Assembly (NCBI GenBank): GCA_047947115.1
Contig: CP170459.1
Span: 5,920,001 to 5,984,000 of the forward strand
DNA from: Verrucomicrobiota bacterium
Lineage (GTDB): Bacteria; Verrucomicrobiota; Verrucomicrobiia; Limisphaerales; AAA164-E04
Reading direction: 5' to 3'
DNA length: 64,000 bases
Shown: piece after piece, positions 19,586-29,170 of the stretch
Layout: the number at the start of each line of letters is the position of its first letter
How positions within the stretch are numbered: position 1 is the stretch's first letter
Notes under the pieces: model-generated
What the model saw: the letters and a program-made list of their open reading frames with translations, nothing else
Told to the model about the DNA's origin: nothing
The model's database searches: none
Translations under genes and position numbers: made by a program

Positions 19586-20761
19586 TCAACCTTTTCGAAC
19601 GAAGGTGGCAATACGTTCCACCGCCACTTCAATTTGAGGCAGCGATGTGGCAAAACAACACCTGAGAAACCCTTCACCACTTTCCCCGAACGCAGTACCG
19701 GGCACGCAGGCAACTTTGGTTTCATTCAATAATTGAATCGCAAAATCCTTGGAAGTCAGGCCGGTCGATCGGATGGATGGAAAAGCATAGAAACTGCCGC
19801 GGGGCAAATGACAGTCCAACCCCATTTCATTGAAGGCCTGAACAATAAAATTACGACGAGCCATATAATGGTCACGCATTTCCATAGCATCCTCATACCC
19901 GTGCCTTAAGGCCTCGATCGCCGCTTCCTGACTGGTAATCCCCGCACAGAGCATACTGTATTGATGAATCCGCAGCATGGCCTCCAGCAGGTGAGTTGGA
20001 GCACATGCGTAGCCAATCCGGAATCCGGTCATGGCAAATGCTTTTGAAAAACCGTGCAGAAAAATGGTCCGTTCCAGCATTCCGGGCATGGAAGCGATGG
20101 AAACATGTTCACCTTCGTAAGTCAGTTCGGAATAGATCTCATCACTGATCACCACCAGATTATTTTCGATGGCAATATCCGCCAGCTGTTGCACCTGGTC
20201 TCGAGTCAAAGTGCCTCCGGTCGGATTGGTGGGAAAGTTCAAGACGATCGCTTTGGTTTGGGGCGTGATGGCTGCTTTCACGGCATCCGGGTTCAATGCA
20301 AAAGCGTCCTCGGAACGGCAGATCACCGGCACCGGCACGCCATGTGCCATTACGATACTCGGCGCATAACTCACGTAACAGGGAGCATTAAAAATGATTT
20401 CATCTCCCGGATTGATCAACGCCCTCAAGGCGAGATCCAGTGCTTCACTAACTCCCACAGTCACCAGCACTTCATTCTCAGGCCGATAGGTCACTTTGAA
20501 ATGTTCGGAGACATAGCGGGAAATTTCCTGGCGCAACTTGATCAATCCCAGATTGGAGGTGTAGGACGTATGCCCCTTTTCCAAAGAGTAAATGGCAGCT
20601 TCGCGAATTCTCCAGGGTGTGATAAAATCAGGTTCACCCACCCCTAGAGAAATGATATCCGGCACCCCCTGAACCAATTCAAAAAAATCACGTATTCCCG
20701 ATCGTGGGATATTAGCCACGTGACGCGCAATCGGCGAAGGTTTCGATGAAGATGTATTCAT
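19586..20761 (-). CDS. PLP-dependent aminotransferase class I/II
   Basis: GEPDF, NPTG, SDEIY and GFSKAFAMTGFRIG motifs. Confidence 0.95.
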   Translation of the reverse strand: MNTSSSKPSPIARHVANIPRSGIRDFFELVQGVPDIISLGVGEPDFITPWRIREAAIYSLEKGHTSYTSNLGLIKLRQEISRYVSEHFKVTYRPENEVLVTVGVSEALDLALRALINPGDEIIFNAPCYVSYAPSIVMAHGVPVPVICRSEDAFALNPDAVKAAITPQTKAIVLNFPTNPTGGTLTRDQVQQLADIAIENNLVVISDEIYSELTYEGEHVSIASMPGMLERTIFLHGFSKAFAMTGFRIGYACAPTHLLEAMLRIHQYSMLCAGITSQEAAIEALRHGYEDAMEMRDHYMARRNFIVQAFNEMGLDCHLPRGSFYAFPSIRSTGLTSKDFAIQLLNETKVACVPGTAFGESGEGFLRCCFATSLPQIEVAVERIATFVRKG

Positions 20762-20829
20762 GATACTTGAGAGACAGGGAATCCCTCACGCACAAGAATG
20801 GGTCTTGGATGGAAGGGATTGCCGCGATT

Positions 20830-22119
20830 CTATGCGGCCGCCGCACTTTTGGATTTCAGCCTGAAGCGCGGCTTGGATTTGCCTTCCACCGAGGCGCGGG
20901 TGATCTTGATACTCTCAATATCATCGCGACCAGGAGCCTCATACATCACATCAAGCATTAATTTCTCAAGCATACCTCGCAGGGCACGGGCACCCGTTCC
21001 CTTCTTGATCGCCAAACGGGCCAGAGCTTTCAAGGCGTCCTGTGTGAATTCAAGATGCACTCCTTCGAGAGCCAGCAGTTTGGCATATTGCTTGACCAGG
21101 GCATTTCGGGTCTTGGTCAGAATGGCCACCAACTGATCTTCTGAAAGTTCATCCAGCACAGTGGTCATTGGAACACGACCAATAAATTCCGGAATGAATC
21201 CATAAGACACCAAATCTTCGGGTTCCACAGCGTGATACGCGGTGTTTTTCACCAAGTGCTCTTGTTCGGCATCATCGTTTTTTCCATGATGAAAACCCAT
21301 CTTGCCGCTTCCAATGCGACGCTCGACAATTTTGTCCAGCCCCACAAACGCACCCCCGCAAATGAACAAAATGTTCTTTGTGTTCACCTGGATGTATTCC
21401 TGCTGCGGATGCTTGCGGCCGCCTTGCGGGGGCACATTGCAAATGGTTCCTTCCATGATCTTCAACAAAGCCTGTTGAACACCTTCACCGGAAACATCAC
21501 GGGTGATGGAAACATTTTCGGTCTTGCGGGCAATCTTGTCGATTTCGTCCACGTATATGATGCCCATCTCGGCACTTTTAACGTCGAAATCAGCATTCTG
21601 GAGAAGACGCAGGATGATGTTCTCAACATCCTCACCCACATAACCTGCTTCGGTCAGACTGGTCGCATCCACCAATGCGTAGGGAACATCCAAAGCTTTG
21701 GCCAAGGTACTCGCCAACAGGGTTTTTCCAGAGCCGGTAGGCCCAACCATCAGAATGTTGCTCTTTTCAATGGTTACATCCTGCAGATCGTGCTTGGAAT
21801 CCAGCGCATCCACGTTGCCTTCCACTTCCGCCTGGATACGCTTGTAGTGGTTGTGCACCGCTACCGCCAAGGTTTTCTTTGCCTCGTCCTGCCCGACACA
21901 GTAATCGTCCAGAATTTCTTTTAGCTCCTTGGGACGCAACAAATTCAATTCCGCAGAAGGGGACTTCTTATCATTCCTGAATTCCTTATCAAGGACGCTT
22001 TTGCAAACCATGACGCAAGAGTCACAGATGTAAACCTGCGGACCGGCAATCAGTTTGCGCACTTCAGAGTGCGATTTGCCGCAAAAGCTGCACATGGTCA
22101 TTTGGGTGGGACGTGCCAT
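20830..22119 (-). CDS. clpX: ATP-dependent Clp protease ATP-binding subunit ClpX
   Basis: CSFCGK...ICDSC zinc finger; [27 protein letters not shown] and GRKHP motifs. Confidence 0.99.
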   Translation of the reverse strand: MARPTQMTMCSFCGKSHSEVRKLIAGPQVYICDSCVMVCKSVLDKEFRNDKKSPSAELNLLRPKELKEILDDYCVGQDEAKKTLAVAVHNHYKRIQAEVEGNVDALDSKHDLQDVTIEKSNILMVGPTGSGKTLLASTLAKALDVPYALVDATSLTEAGYVGEDVENIILRLLQNADFDVKSAEMGIIYVDEIDKIARKTENVSITRDVSGEGVQQALLKIMEGTICNVPPQGGRKHPQQEYIQVNTKNILFICGGAFVGLDKIVERRIGSGKMGFHHGKNDDAEQEHLVKNTAYHAVEPEDLVSYGFIPEFIGRVPMTTVLDELSEDQLVAILTKTRNALVKQYAKLLALEGVHLEFTQDALKALARLAIKKGTGARALRGMLEKLMLDVMYEAPGRDDIESIKITRASVEGKSKPRFRLKSKSAAAA

Positions 22120-22133
22120 AAGTTATGCGTGAA

Positions 22134-22754
22134 TTATTTCGACTCAGCCTTTGAATCAGCCACTTCTTTCTGTGATTTCACCACTTCATCCACCAAACCG
22201 TATTCCTTGGCTTCATCAGCGCTCATGTAATTGTCCCGGTCACAATCCTTCTCGACCTGGGTCTGGTCTTTACCGGTGTGGTGGGCGATGATTTCATTCA
22301 GGCGTGACTTGAGTTTGAGCATGTAGTTGACCCGAATCTCAACATCGGAAGCCTGTCCCTGCGCGCCTCCCAACACTTGATGAATCATGATGTTGGCGTT
22401 GGGGAGTGCAAATCGCTTTCCCTTCGTGCCGCCACAGAGCAATACCGCCCCCATGCTGGCAGCCTGACCGATGCAATAGGTGTTCACGTCACAGGTCATG
22501 AACTGCATGGTGTCATAAATGGCCAATCCCGCCGTCACACTCCCTCCCGGAGAGTTGATGTAAAGATGGATATCCTTCTTGGGATCGGCATTCTGAAGGA
22601 AAAGCAGCTGGGCAATAATGACATTGGCCACCTGATCGTCGACAGGTGTGCCTAGAAAAATGATACGGTCCTTCAGCAGTCGGGAGTAGATATCATAACC
22701 TCGCTCGCCCCGACCAGTCTCTTCGACCACGTATGGCACCAAATAATTATACAT
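22134..22754 (-). CDS. clpP: ATP-dependent Clp protease proteolytic subunit
   Basis: [25 protein letters not shown] (Ser), MIHQ (His) and DRDNY (Asp) motifs. Alternative start 22772. Confidence 0.99.
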   Translation of the reverse strand: MYNYLVPYVVEETGRGERGYDIYSRLLKDRIIFLGTPVDDQVANVIIAQLLFLQNADPKKDIHLYINSPGGSVTAGLAIYDTMQFMTCDVNTYCIGQAASMGAVLLCGGTKGKRFALPNANIMIHQVLGGAQGQASDVEIRVNYMLKLKSRLNEIIAHHTGKDQTQVEKDCDRDNYMSADEAKEYGLVDEVVKSQKEVADSKAESK

Positions 22755-23766
22755 GTTTTTTTGAACTTCCATTCGTTGTGGGCAACCTACCCAAGCCCTT
22801 AGGGCACGTCAAGATTGCTTCTGGATTCAAAAAGTCCAGCGCGACATTACCGCCACTCAAAACAACCCCAATTCGACTCCCTTTGAATTGTGACCGGAAC
22901 TCTTCACTAAGCACTGCAGCCAGTGCAACCGAGCCACTTGGCTCCACGATCTGCTTCATCCAGCCCCAGATCAACCGCATGGACCCCAGTATCGCCGGAT
23001 CTTCCACCGTGACAATACCATCCACATAATCCCGCACCAATGGCCATGTCCATTCCCCAAGGCTTGTGAGCAATCCATCCGCGATGGTATCCGGCTGCAA
23101 CTGAGGTAAAAGCTCGCCTTTGGCAAGTGATCGTGCCGCATCATCGGCACCTGCCGGTTCAGCCCCAAAAACTTTGATCCGTGGCCGAAGAGACTTGATC
23201 GCCAAAGCGATCCCCCCCAGCAATCCTCCGCCTCCCACTGGAGCCACGACCACATCCAGATCCAAAATCTGATCCAAACATTCCAAGGCAACGGTCCCTT
23301 GCCCGGTGATCACGTCCGGGTGATCATAAGGCGGAATGTAATAAGCCCCTGTTTGGGCCCTTAACTCTTCCAAAACGCGTTCACGATCACTTTGCCGGTT
23401 GTCGCACCAGTGAATCGTGGCGCCATAAGCGGTCACCGCCTGCTTTTTAACTTCGGGGGCCTGTGTTGGCATCACGATGTGCACTGCGGCCCTGTGCAGT
23501 TTCCCCGCCAAGGCCAGAGCCTGGGCATGGTTTCCGGAACTTTGAGTGATGAGCCCTTGTTTCAACTGGCCTTCGGACAAACGACTTACCGCATGAAACG
23601 CCCCTCGAAATTTAAAAGCCCCGACACGCTGCAAGTGCTCGCCTTTGCAAAAAATGTCATTTCCAGCCAACTCGCTCAGCCGTCGGCTGGTCAAAACAGG
23701 CGTGACATGGGCTTTGCCACGTAAAATATCGGCAGCCTCCAGGATTCGCTTGATGGTGAGACTCAT
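22747..23766 (-). CDS. Threonine/serine dehydratase-like (serine racemase-like) PLP enzyme
   Basis: [28 protein letters not shown] and VLSGGN motifs; no ACT domain. Confidence 0.92.
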   Translation of the reverse strand: MSLTIKRILEAADILRGKAHVTPVLTSRRLSELAGNDIFCKGEHLQRVGAFKFRGAFHAVSRLSEGQLKQGLITQSSGNHAQALALAGKLHRAAVHIVMPTQAPEVKKQAVTAYGATIHWCDNRQSDRERVLEELRAQTGAYYIPPYDHPDVITGQGTVALECLDQILDLDVVVAPVGGGGLLGGIALAIKSLRPRIKVFGAEPAGADDAARSLAKGELLPQLQPDTIADGLLTSLGEWTWPLVRDYVDGIVTVEDPAILGSMRLIWGWMKQIVEPSGSVALAAVLSEEFRSQFKGSRIGVVLSGGNVALDFLNPEAILTCPKGLGRLPTTNGSSKKHV

Positions 23767-23794
23767 ATTCTTTCCAAACACCTGTCTGCACTAC

Positions 23795-25567
23795 TCACCA
23801 GGAGCTCGCCTCTCCATCAATACGTGGATCGGAAGCTCCACTAAATGTCTTTGTTTCAAAGGAATACTGAACCGCCTGAGCTGCTCCGAGACTGGATACA
23901 ACCTCCACAATGTGACCTTTGCTTCTAAGTGATTTTATGACCGCTGTGGGCCAGGCCTTTTCCATGACGATGCGGTCAGGCTTCCACTGATGATGAAATC
24001 TTGGGTGAGCCAGGGCCTCATCCACATCCAATCCGAAATCAAGCATCAACAACAAATGCACCAACGTTTGACTGATGATCGTCGGACCGCCGGCGGCTCC
24101 GAGTGAAAGGAAGGGCTTGCCGTCCCGGGTCACAATGGTCGGACTCATACTGCTGAGCGGGCGTTTACCCGGTTGAACAGAGTTGGCTTCGCTACCCAAT
24201 AGTCCGAAAAAATTGGGTTTGCCCGGCTGGGCTGAAAAATCATCCATCTCATTGTTGAGCACAAGCCCCGTCCCGGGAACGATCACTTTCGCTCCCAGAG
24301 TGGTGTTGACAGTCGCGGTACATGCCACCCACCAACCCTCGGCATCAGCCGCCGAATAATGTGTGGTATGGCTGCCAAACAAGGCTTTTCCGGCATGAGG
24401 AGGCATGGCGTGGGAAGGCACTGCGGCGGCTTTGTCTGATCGGATCCGCCTGGCCAATTGTTCTCCATAACCAGGGTCAGTCAAGCCAAGTGGCACATCG
24501 GCATAATCCGAATCTCCCAACCAATAAGCGCGGTCGGCAAATGCCAGTTTCATCGCTTCCACGACCAGATGGATCCACTCGGCATCCATACGATCCATGG
24601 AGCCAATGTCATAAGACTCCAGAATGTTGAGTATCTGAGCCACATGCACTCCGCCCGAACTTGGAGGAGGAAAACCCATGACTTCAAATTCCCGATAAGG
24701 AATGCGCACGGAATTCCTGAATACAGGCTGATACCTTTCCATGTCCTGTTTGGTGATGAGCCCTCCGATATCGGCCATCCAATTCCCGAAGGCTTCAGCA
24801 ATGGGACCTCGATAGAAGTAGTCGATTCCGCGTGAGGCGATGACTCGGTAGAATTGAGCGAGATCCTTTTGAGCGAATGTTTGGCCTATGTCAAAAGGCT
24901 TGCCTTCCTCGGTCAAAAATATCCGACCTATTTCTTTTGATTCTTTCAGATCATCCACCACCGAAGCAATGCGCCGGTAAAAGGTCGGATTGATCTCAAA
25001 CCCATGTTCGGCAATTTGAGCGGCAGGCAAAAGAAGATCCTTCAAATCCAATCGCCCATACCGCTTCAAGGCCACATCAAAAGCGGCCAAGGCTCCTGGA
25101 ACACCCACCGCCAGCGGTCCCTTTTGAGACAATTCCGGAACGGCTTCTCCATCTCTCAAATACATGTCTCTATGCGCGGCCATTGGGGCAGCCTCCCTGC
25201 CATCGATAGCCACGCATTCTCCACGGGGTGTATGAATGAGAATGAAACATCCGCCACCGATTCCGGAATTGAACCCATCCACCACACCAAGTGTCAGGCC
25301 AACCGCCACGGCAGCATCCACTGCGTTCCCACCGCGTTTCATGGCATTCAGGCCGGCCTCTGTCGCCAACGGATGCCCGGCAGCGACAACGCCTTTGTTT
25401 CCGGCCCAACATGCCATCTGAGATTCGATGAAAATCAACAACAAGACCATCCACCGACCACCAAGAGGCCGGGTGAAGCCTTGTCCCAATTGAAGGATGC
25501 TCAGAAGCAAGCCACCGGCATGTCTCCCATTTGGGGGGGAGCAACTTTCATCGACTTGAGATTTCAT
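23795..25567 (-). CDS. ggt: Gamma-glutamyltransferase
   Basis: GGNAVDAAVA, SGIGGG, PPSSGG, HTTHYS (Thr nucleophile), NNEMDDF and KRPLSSMSP motifs; true start may be 25450. Confidence 0.97.
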   Translation of the reverse strand: MKSQVDESCSPPNGRHAGGLLLSILQLGQGFTRPLGGRWMVLLLIFIESQMACWAGNKGVVAAGHPLATEAGLNAMKRGGNAVDAAVAVGLTLGVVDGFNSGIGGGCFILIHTPRGECVAIDGREAAPMAAHRDMYLRDGEAVPELSQKGPLAVGVPGALAAFDVALKRYGRLDLKDLLLPAAQIAEHGFEINPTFYRRIASVVDDLKESKEIGRIFLTEEGKPFDIGQTFAQKDLAQFYRVIASRGIDYFYRGPIAEAFGNWMADIGGLITKQDMERYQPVFRNSVRIPYREFEVMGFPPPSSGGVHVAQILNILESYDIGSMDRMDAEWIHLVVEAMKLAFADRAYWLGDSDYADVPLGLTDPGYGEQLARRIRSDKAAAVPSHAMPPHAGKALFGSHTTHYSAADAEGWWVACTATVNTTLGAKVIVPGTGLVLNNEMDDFSAQPGKPNFFGLLGSEANSVQPGKRPLSSMSPTIVTRDGKPFLSLGAAGGPTIISQTLVHLLLMLDFGLDVDEALAHPRFHHQWKPDRIVMEKAWPTAVIKSLRSKGHIVEVVSSLGAAQAVQYSFETKTFSGASDPRIDGEASSW

Positions 25568-25623
25568 AGAATCGATCTTAGATTGTATGCATTCGAAAAG
25601 GCAATCAAATCAAAGCCCCAGCC

Positions 25624-26250
25624 ATGCATATACAGCGTGAAAAACTTCTTCGCCAGTTACAGGGATTCGGACGACATATCAGCAACCAACGCGTGGTCGA
25701 GGCCATGCTTAAAATCCCACGTCATCTGTTTGTGCCCTTCGATGAAAAGGATCTGGCCTACGAAGACAAACCGCTCCCCATCGGATTCGGGCAGACCATT
25801 TCCCAACCCTACATGGTTGCCACCATGACCCAGCTCATCGATCCACGACCGGATCAATGCATCCTGGAAATCGGAACCGGTTCCGGATACCAGACTGCCA
25901 TCTTAGCCGAACTGGCGGGCCGGGTTCATACGGTGGAACGCATCGCAAAACTCAGTCACCGGGCTCGCGAAACACTCGATCGATTGGGCTATCAAAACGT
26001 GCATTTCCTCACCGGAGACGGATACAAGGGCTGGCCTGAACCCATCGTTTTTGACGCCATCCTCATCGCCTGTGCCCCCAAAGACATACCTTGGGAGCTG
26101 ACCAAGCAACTTAAACCCACCGGCCAAATGATCATTCCCGTCGGTCCCCAAGACAACCAATACCTCAAACGTATTTATCAGAACAAAAATCAATGGATCG
26201 AAGAAACGTTGATGCAAGTGCGCTTCGTGCCCATGGTGTCATCTCTTTGA
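25624..26250 (+). CDS. pcm: Protein-L-isoaspartate O-methyltransferase
   Basis: GQTISQPYMVA, LEIGTGSGYQ, GDGYKGW and VRFVPM motifs. Confidence 0.97.
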   Translation: MHIQREKLLRQLQGFGRHISNQRVVEAMLKIPRHLFVPFDEKDLAYEDKPLPIGFGQTISQPYMVATMTQLIDPRPDQCILEIGTGSGYQTAILAELAGRVHTVERIAKLSHRARETLDRLGYQNVHFLTGDGYKGWPEPIVFDAILIACAPKDIPWELTKQLKPTGQMIIPVGPQDNQYLKRIYQNKNQWIEETLMQVRFVPMVSSL

Positions 26251-26441
26251 ATGTTGGCAAGGCTTCGGCATGGTAGGGCTCACGCTGCTGTGCGTGACCG
26301 TCAGTGCACTGGGCTATAGGAAGACCTATCGTGTCAAACGGATACGCCACGTCAAGGAACGGTTTCATTGACAAAAAAACGCCACCCTCCATATTCGGTT
26401 CCGATAGATGCCAGACAGTATCTCCACCATTTCCGGACAAT

Positions 26442-27431
26442 ATGCTGATCAGATCCGAACCATCAGGATTGTATTGCGAGAAAGGCGACTTTTACATCGA
26501 CCCTTCCCGAGCGGTGGATCGCGCCGTCATCACGCATGCACATTCGGATCATGCCCGGAAAGGTTCTCGCAGTTACCTTTGTTCTACAGCTTGTGAACCG
26601 TTGCTAAGATCCAGACTTGGAAAAAATATCTCGGTCCAGGCGATGGCATATGGAGCCACGACCCAGATCAATGGCGTCAAAGTGTCATTACATCCGGCTG
26701 GACATATCCTTGGATCGAGTCAAGTCAGGGTCGAATACGGCGGTGAAGTGTGGGTGGCAAGTGGAGATTACAAGACGAATCCGGATCCCACCTGCACACC
26801 CTTTGAATCTCTTCGCTGCAACACCTTCATCTCCGAATGCACTTTTGGCCTGCCGATCTACCAATGGCCTGCCCCCGATGACGAATGGCAACGCATGAAA
26901 AGATGGTGGCAGAACAATCGGGATCACGGACTGACCAGCGTGGTGCACGCCTACTCCTTGGGTAAGGCGCAACGTGTCCTGAACGCCCTCAAAGACATCG
27001 AGGCCCCCGTCCTGGCGCATCCTTCCATCATGGAGATGCTCCCAGCCTATACATCACAAGGCGTCTCGTTTCCCAAGGTGGAATTGGCGGATGCCGACCG
27101 GATTCTAACCCACAAGGGCAAGGCATGCGTGATCACACCCTCAACCACCGCCATGGAAAAATCGCTGGGTAAACCGGATGAATGGGAGGCAACGGATGTC
27201 TCGGGCTGGATGCAGGTCAAAAACTCCAGACGCAAACGCCAACTCCCCAGCGGCTTCGTCATTTCGGATCATGCCGACTGGAACGGCATCATCCAGGCCA
27301 TCAAGGCAAGCAACGCCGAACAGGTTTACCTGACACATGGCGACGGCACGCTGCTCAAGGATTGGCTCTGCCAACAAGGCATGTCGGTGGCATTGCTCCA
27401 TACGGGGGACGGTCGTTCGGAAGATTGGTGA
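26442..27431 (+). CDS. Ligase-associated DNA damage response exonuclease (MBL/beta-CASP)
   Basis: GDFYIDP, THAHSDHA, AGHILGS, SGDYK, ECTFGLP, YSLGKAQR, SDHADW and THG motifs all intact. Confidence 0.93.
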   Translation: MLIRSEPSGLYCEKGDFYIDPSRAVDRAVITHAHSDHARKGSRSYLCSTACEPLLRSRLGKNISVQAMAYGATTQINGVKVSLHPAGHILGSSQVRVEYGGEVWVASGDYKTNPDPTCTPFESLRCNTFISECTFGLPIYQWPAPDDEWQRMKRWWQNNRDHGLTSVVHAYSLGKAQRVLNALKDIEAPVLAHPSIMEMLPAYTSQGVSFPKVELADADRILTHKGKACVITPSTTAMEKSLGKPDEWEATDVSGWMQVKNSRRKRQLPSGFVISDHADWNGIIQAIKASNAEQVYLTHGDGTLLKDWLCQQGMSVALLHTGDGRSEDW

Positions 27432-27463
27432 AACACACTGAGAGAACTAGAACCAGGAAATTC

Positions 27464-29170
27464 ATGCAACGCCTCCAACAACTTGTCGAAAAGCTGGACA
27501 CTACGTCGAAAGATTCGATCAAAGTGGAGGCTTTGAAGTCCTACTTTCAATCGGTTCCCCCCGAAGATGCGGCCTGGGCTCTATTTTTTCTGGAAGAACG
27601 CAAACTTCAAACCAAAGTCAGCCTGCGTGTGCTCAAGGAACTGGTGACCACACAAACCGGTTTGCCCTTTTGGCTGATTGACGGCAGCAATCACCGGGTA
27701 AATGATTATCCAGAAACCTTGGCACTCCTTCTCCCCTGGAGCGGTCGAGCCAGCGAACTGTCCCTTTCCACACTGGCGGTGCAATTCATCCAACCGCTTG
27801 CCGGATTCAGCCCCATGGCCAGACGCGACACCATCCGCTGCGCATGGGAAAATCTCAACACCACCCAGCGGGTGTTGTTTAACAAAATGCTGACCGGGGG
27901 ACTCAAACTCAATGTAACACGTGATCAGATCCACACCGCACTCGCCGAACTTTCGAGTGTCTCCAAAAATATTGTGGCAAGACGCCTTGGAGGCGACTGG
28001 CATCCTCAAAGCAGTTTTTTCAATGATCTGATCAAACCCGAAGCGGATCACGAACGGGCACTGAACCCTTATCCCTTCGCCACATCGCAGGAACTGACCG
28101 ATGCCCCCGAATCTCTGGGATCGGCGGGTGAGTGGTTTGGCGAGTGGAACCTCAAGGGCATCCGTGTTCAACTTGTCAGAAGAAAGGATGGATCCGCGAT
28201 TTGGTCGCAGGACATGCATTCGCTGGATGAAGCATTTCCTGAACTCATCACGGCATGCGAACTCTTGCCGACCGGAACGGTCGTTGAAGGAATCATCACC
28301 CCGGCACAGAACGAGGATCCCAACCCCATCACGCCACTCAACAAACGAGTACGACGCAAAAAAACGCCCAGAAAAGAAACCATTCCGATCATGTTGAACG
28401 TTCAAGATGTGTTGGAATGGCGGGGCAAGGACATACGCGAACAGGCATTCACCGATCGGAGAAAACAACTGAACCAGGTGCTCAGCGAGTGGGAACAACA
28501 ATGGAAACTGCATGCCAACGGAGTATCCAAACCGTCCATCGACCCTGATTTTTTTCAACAGGAAATGTTCGCAATCGATGATGTGGTGACTCCGATGCCA
28601 ACGAACGAAGCCCCGCCTCTCCCGTTCCAGGCTTCCCTTTTGGAAACAGCTTCGGATTGGGAGTCCTTTCAGGAACAATTGGGCCAATCGCCTCCAGTTC
28701 CAAGCGATGGAATCATTTTACGACAGATCAACTCGCCATACGCTTCGGATGCCGAAAGCGCTTCCTGGTGGCTCTGGCATCCACGCGCTTACAAAGCCAA
28801 CCTGGTGTTGGCGGGCATTATTCACCCTGCTCCGGAAAAACCTCATGAACGTCGTGCCTATCTTTTTGCCGCCATGGACAAAGGTTCCGCGGTCCTGGTA
28901 GGGAACGTCCAACATGGCATGGATCCGGCCATATCAGAAATGCTGGATGCTTGGGTCCAAAAAAACACCACCAAAAAGCAGGGCCCCGTTCACTTTGTCA
29001 AACTGGAACACGTTTTCGAGATCGCCTTTCAGGAAGCAACACCCGCTCCGCGTTCTGCGGCAACTTTCAAATTGGCGCAACCCAGGATCATGGGCTATCT
29101 GGCAAATCTCACCCTGGAACATGCTTGTCAGATCGACGCGCTAAAAGCCATGGATCCCTCCCCCGTCTAA
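27464..29170 (+). CDS. ATP-dependent DNA ligase homolog (DNA-damage-response type), predicted catalytically inactive
   Basis: N-terminal DBD (DAAWALFF...ETLALL...FNKMLTGG), PYPF and an OB-like VFEIAF...PRI region. Motif I reads EWNLKGIRVQ instead of EWKxDGIRxQ. Alternative GTG start at 27428 overlaps the exonuclease stop. Confidence 0.85.
   Translation: MQRLQQLVEKLDTTSKDSIKVEALKSYFQSVPPEDAAWALFFLEERKLQTKVSLRVLKELVTTQTGLPFWLIDGSNHRVNDYPETLALLLPWSGRASELSLSTLAVQFIQPLAGFSPMARRDTIRCAWENLNTTQRVLFNKMLTGGLKLNVTRDQIHTALAELSSVSKNIVARRLGGDWHPQSSFFNDLIKPEADHERALNPYPFATSQELTDAPESLGSAGEWFGEWNLKGIRVQLVRRKDGSAIWSQDMHSLDEAFPELITACELLPTGTVVEGIITPAQNEDPNPITPLNKRVRRKKTPRKETIPIMLNVQDVLEWRGKDIREQAFTDRRKQLNQVLSEWEQQWKLHANGVSKPSIDPDFFQQEMFAIDDVVTPMPTNEAPPLPFQASLLETASDWESFQEQLGQSPPVPSDGIILRQINSPYASDAESASWWLWHPRAYKANLVLAGIIHPAPEKPHERRAYLFAAMDKGSAVLVGNVQHGMDPAISEMLDAWVQKNTTKKQGPVHFVKLEHVFEIAFQEATPAPRSAATFKLAQPRIMGYLANLTLEHACQIDALKAMDPSPV

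Noticed and set aside
27182..27463. 94-aa N-terminal extension of the ligase ORF
   Set aside because: It overlaps the exonuclease in another frame; ligase similarity begins near ATG 27464.
27581..28687. Long antisense ORFs (368 aa here; also 59237-60184, 12887-13738, 25004-25828)
   Set aside because: They are shadow frames opposite well-supported genes, expected at this GC content, and carry no motifs.
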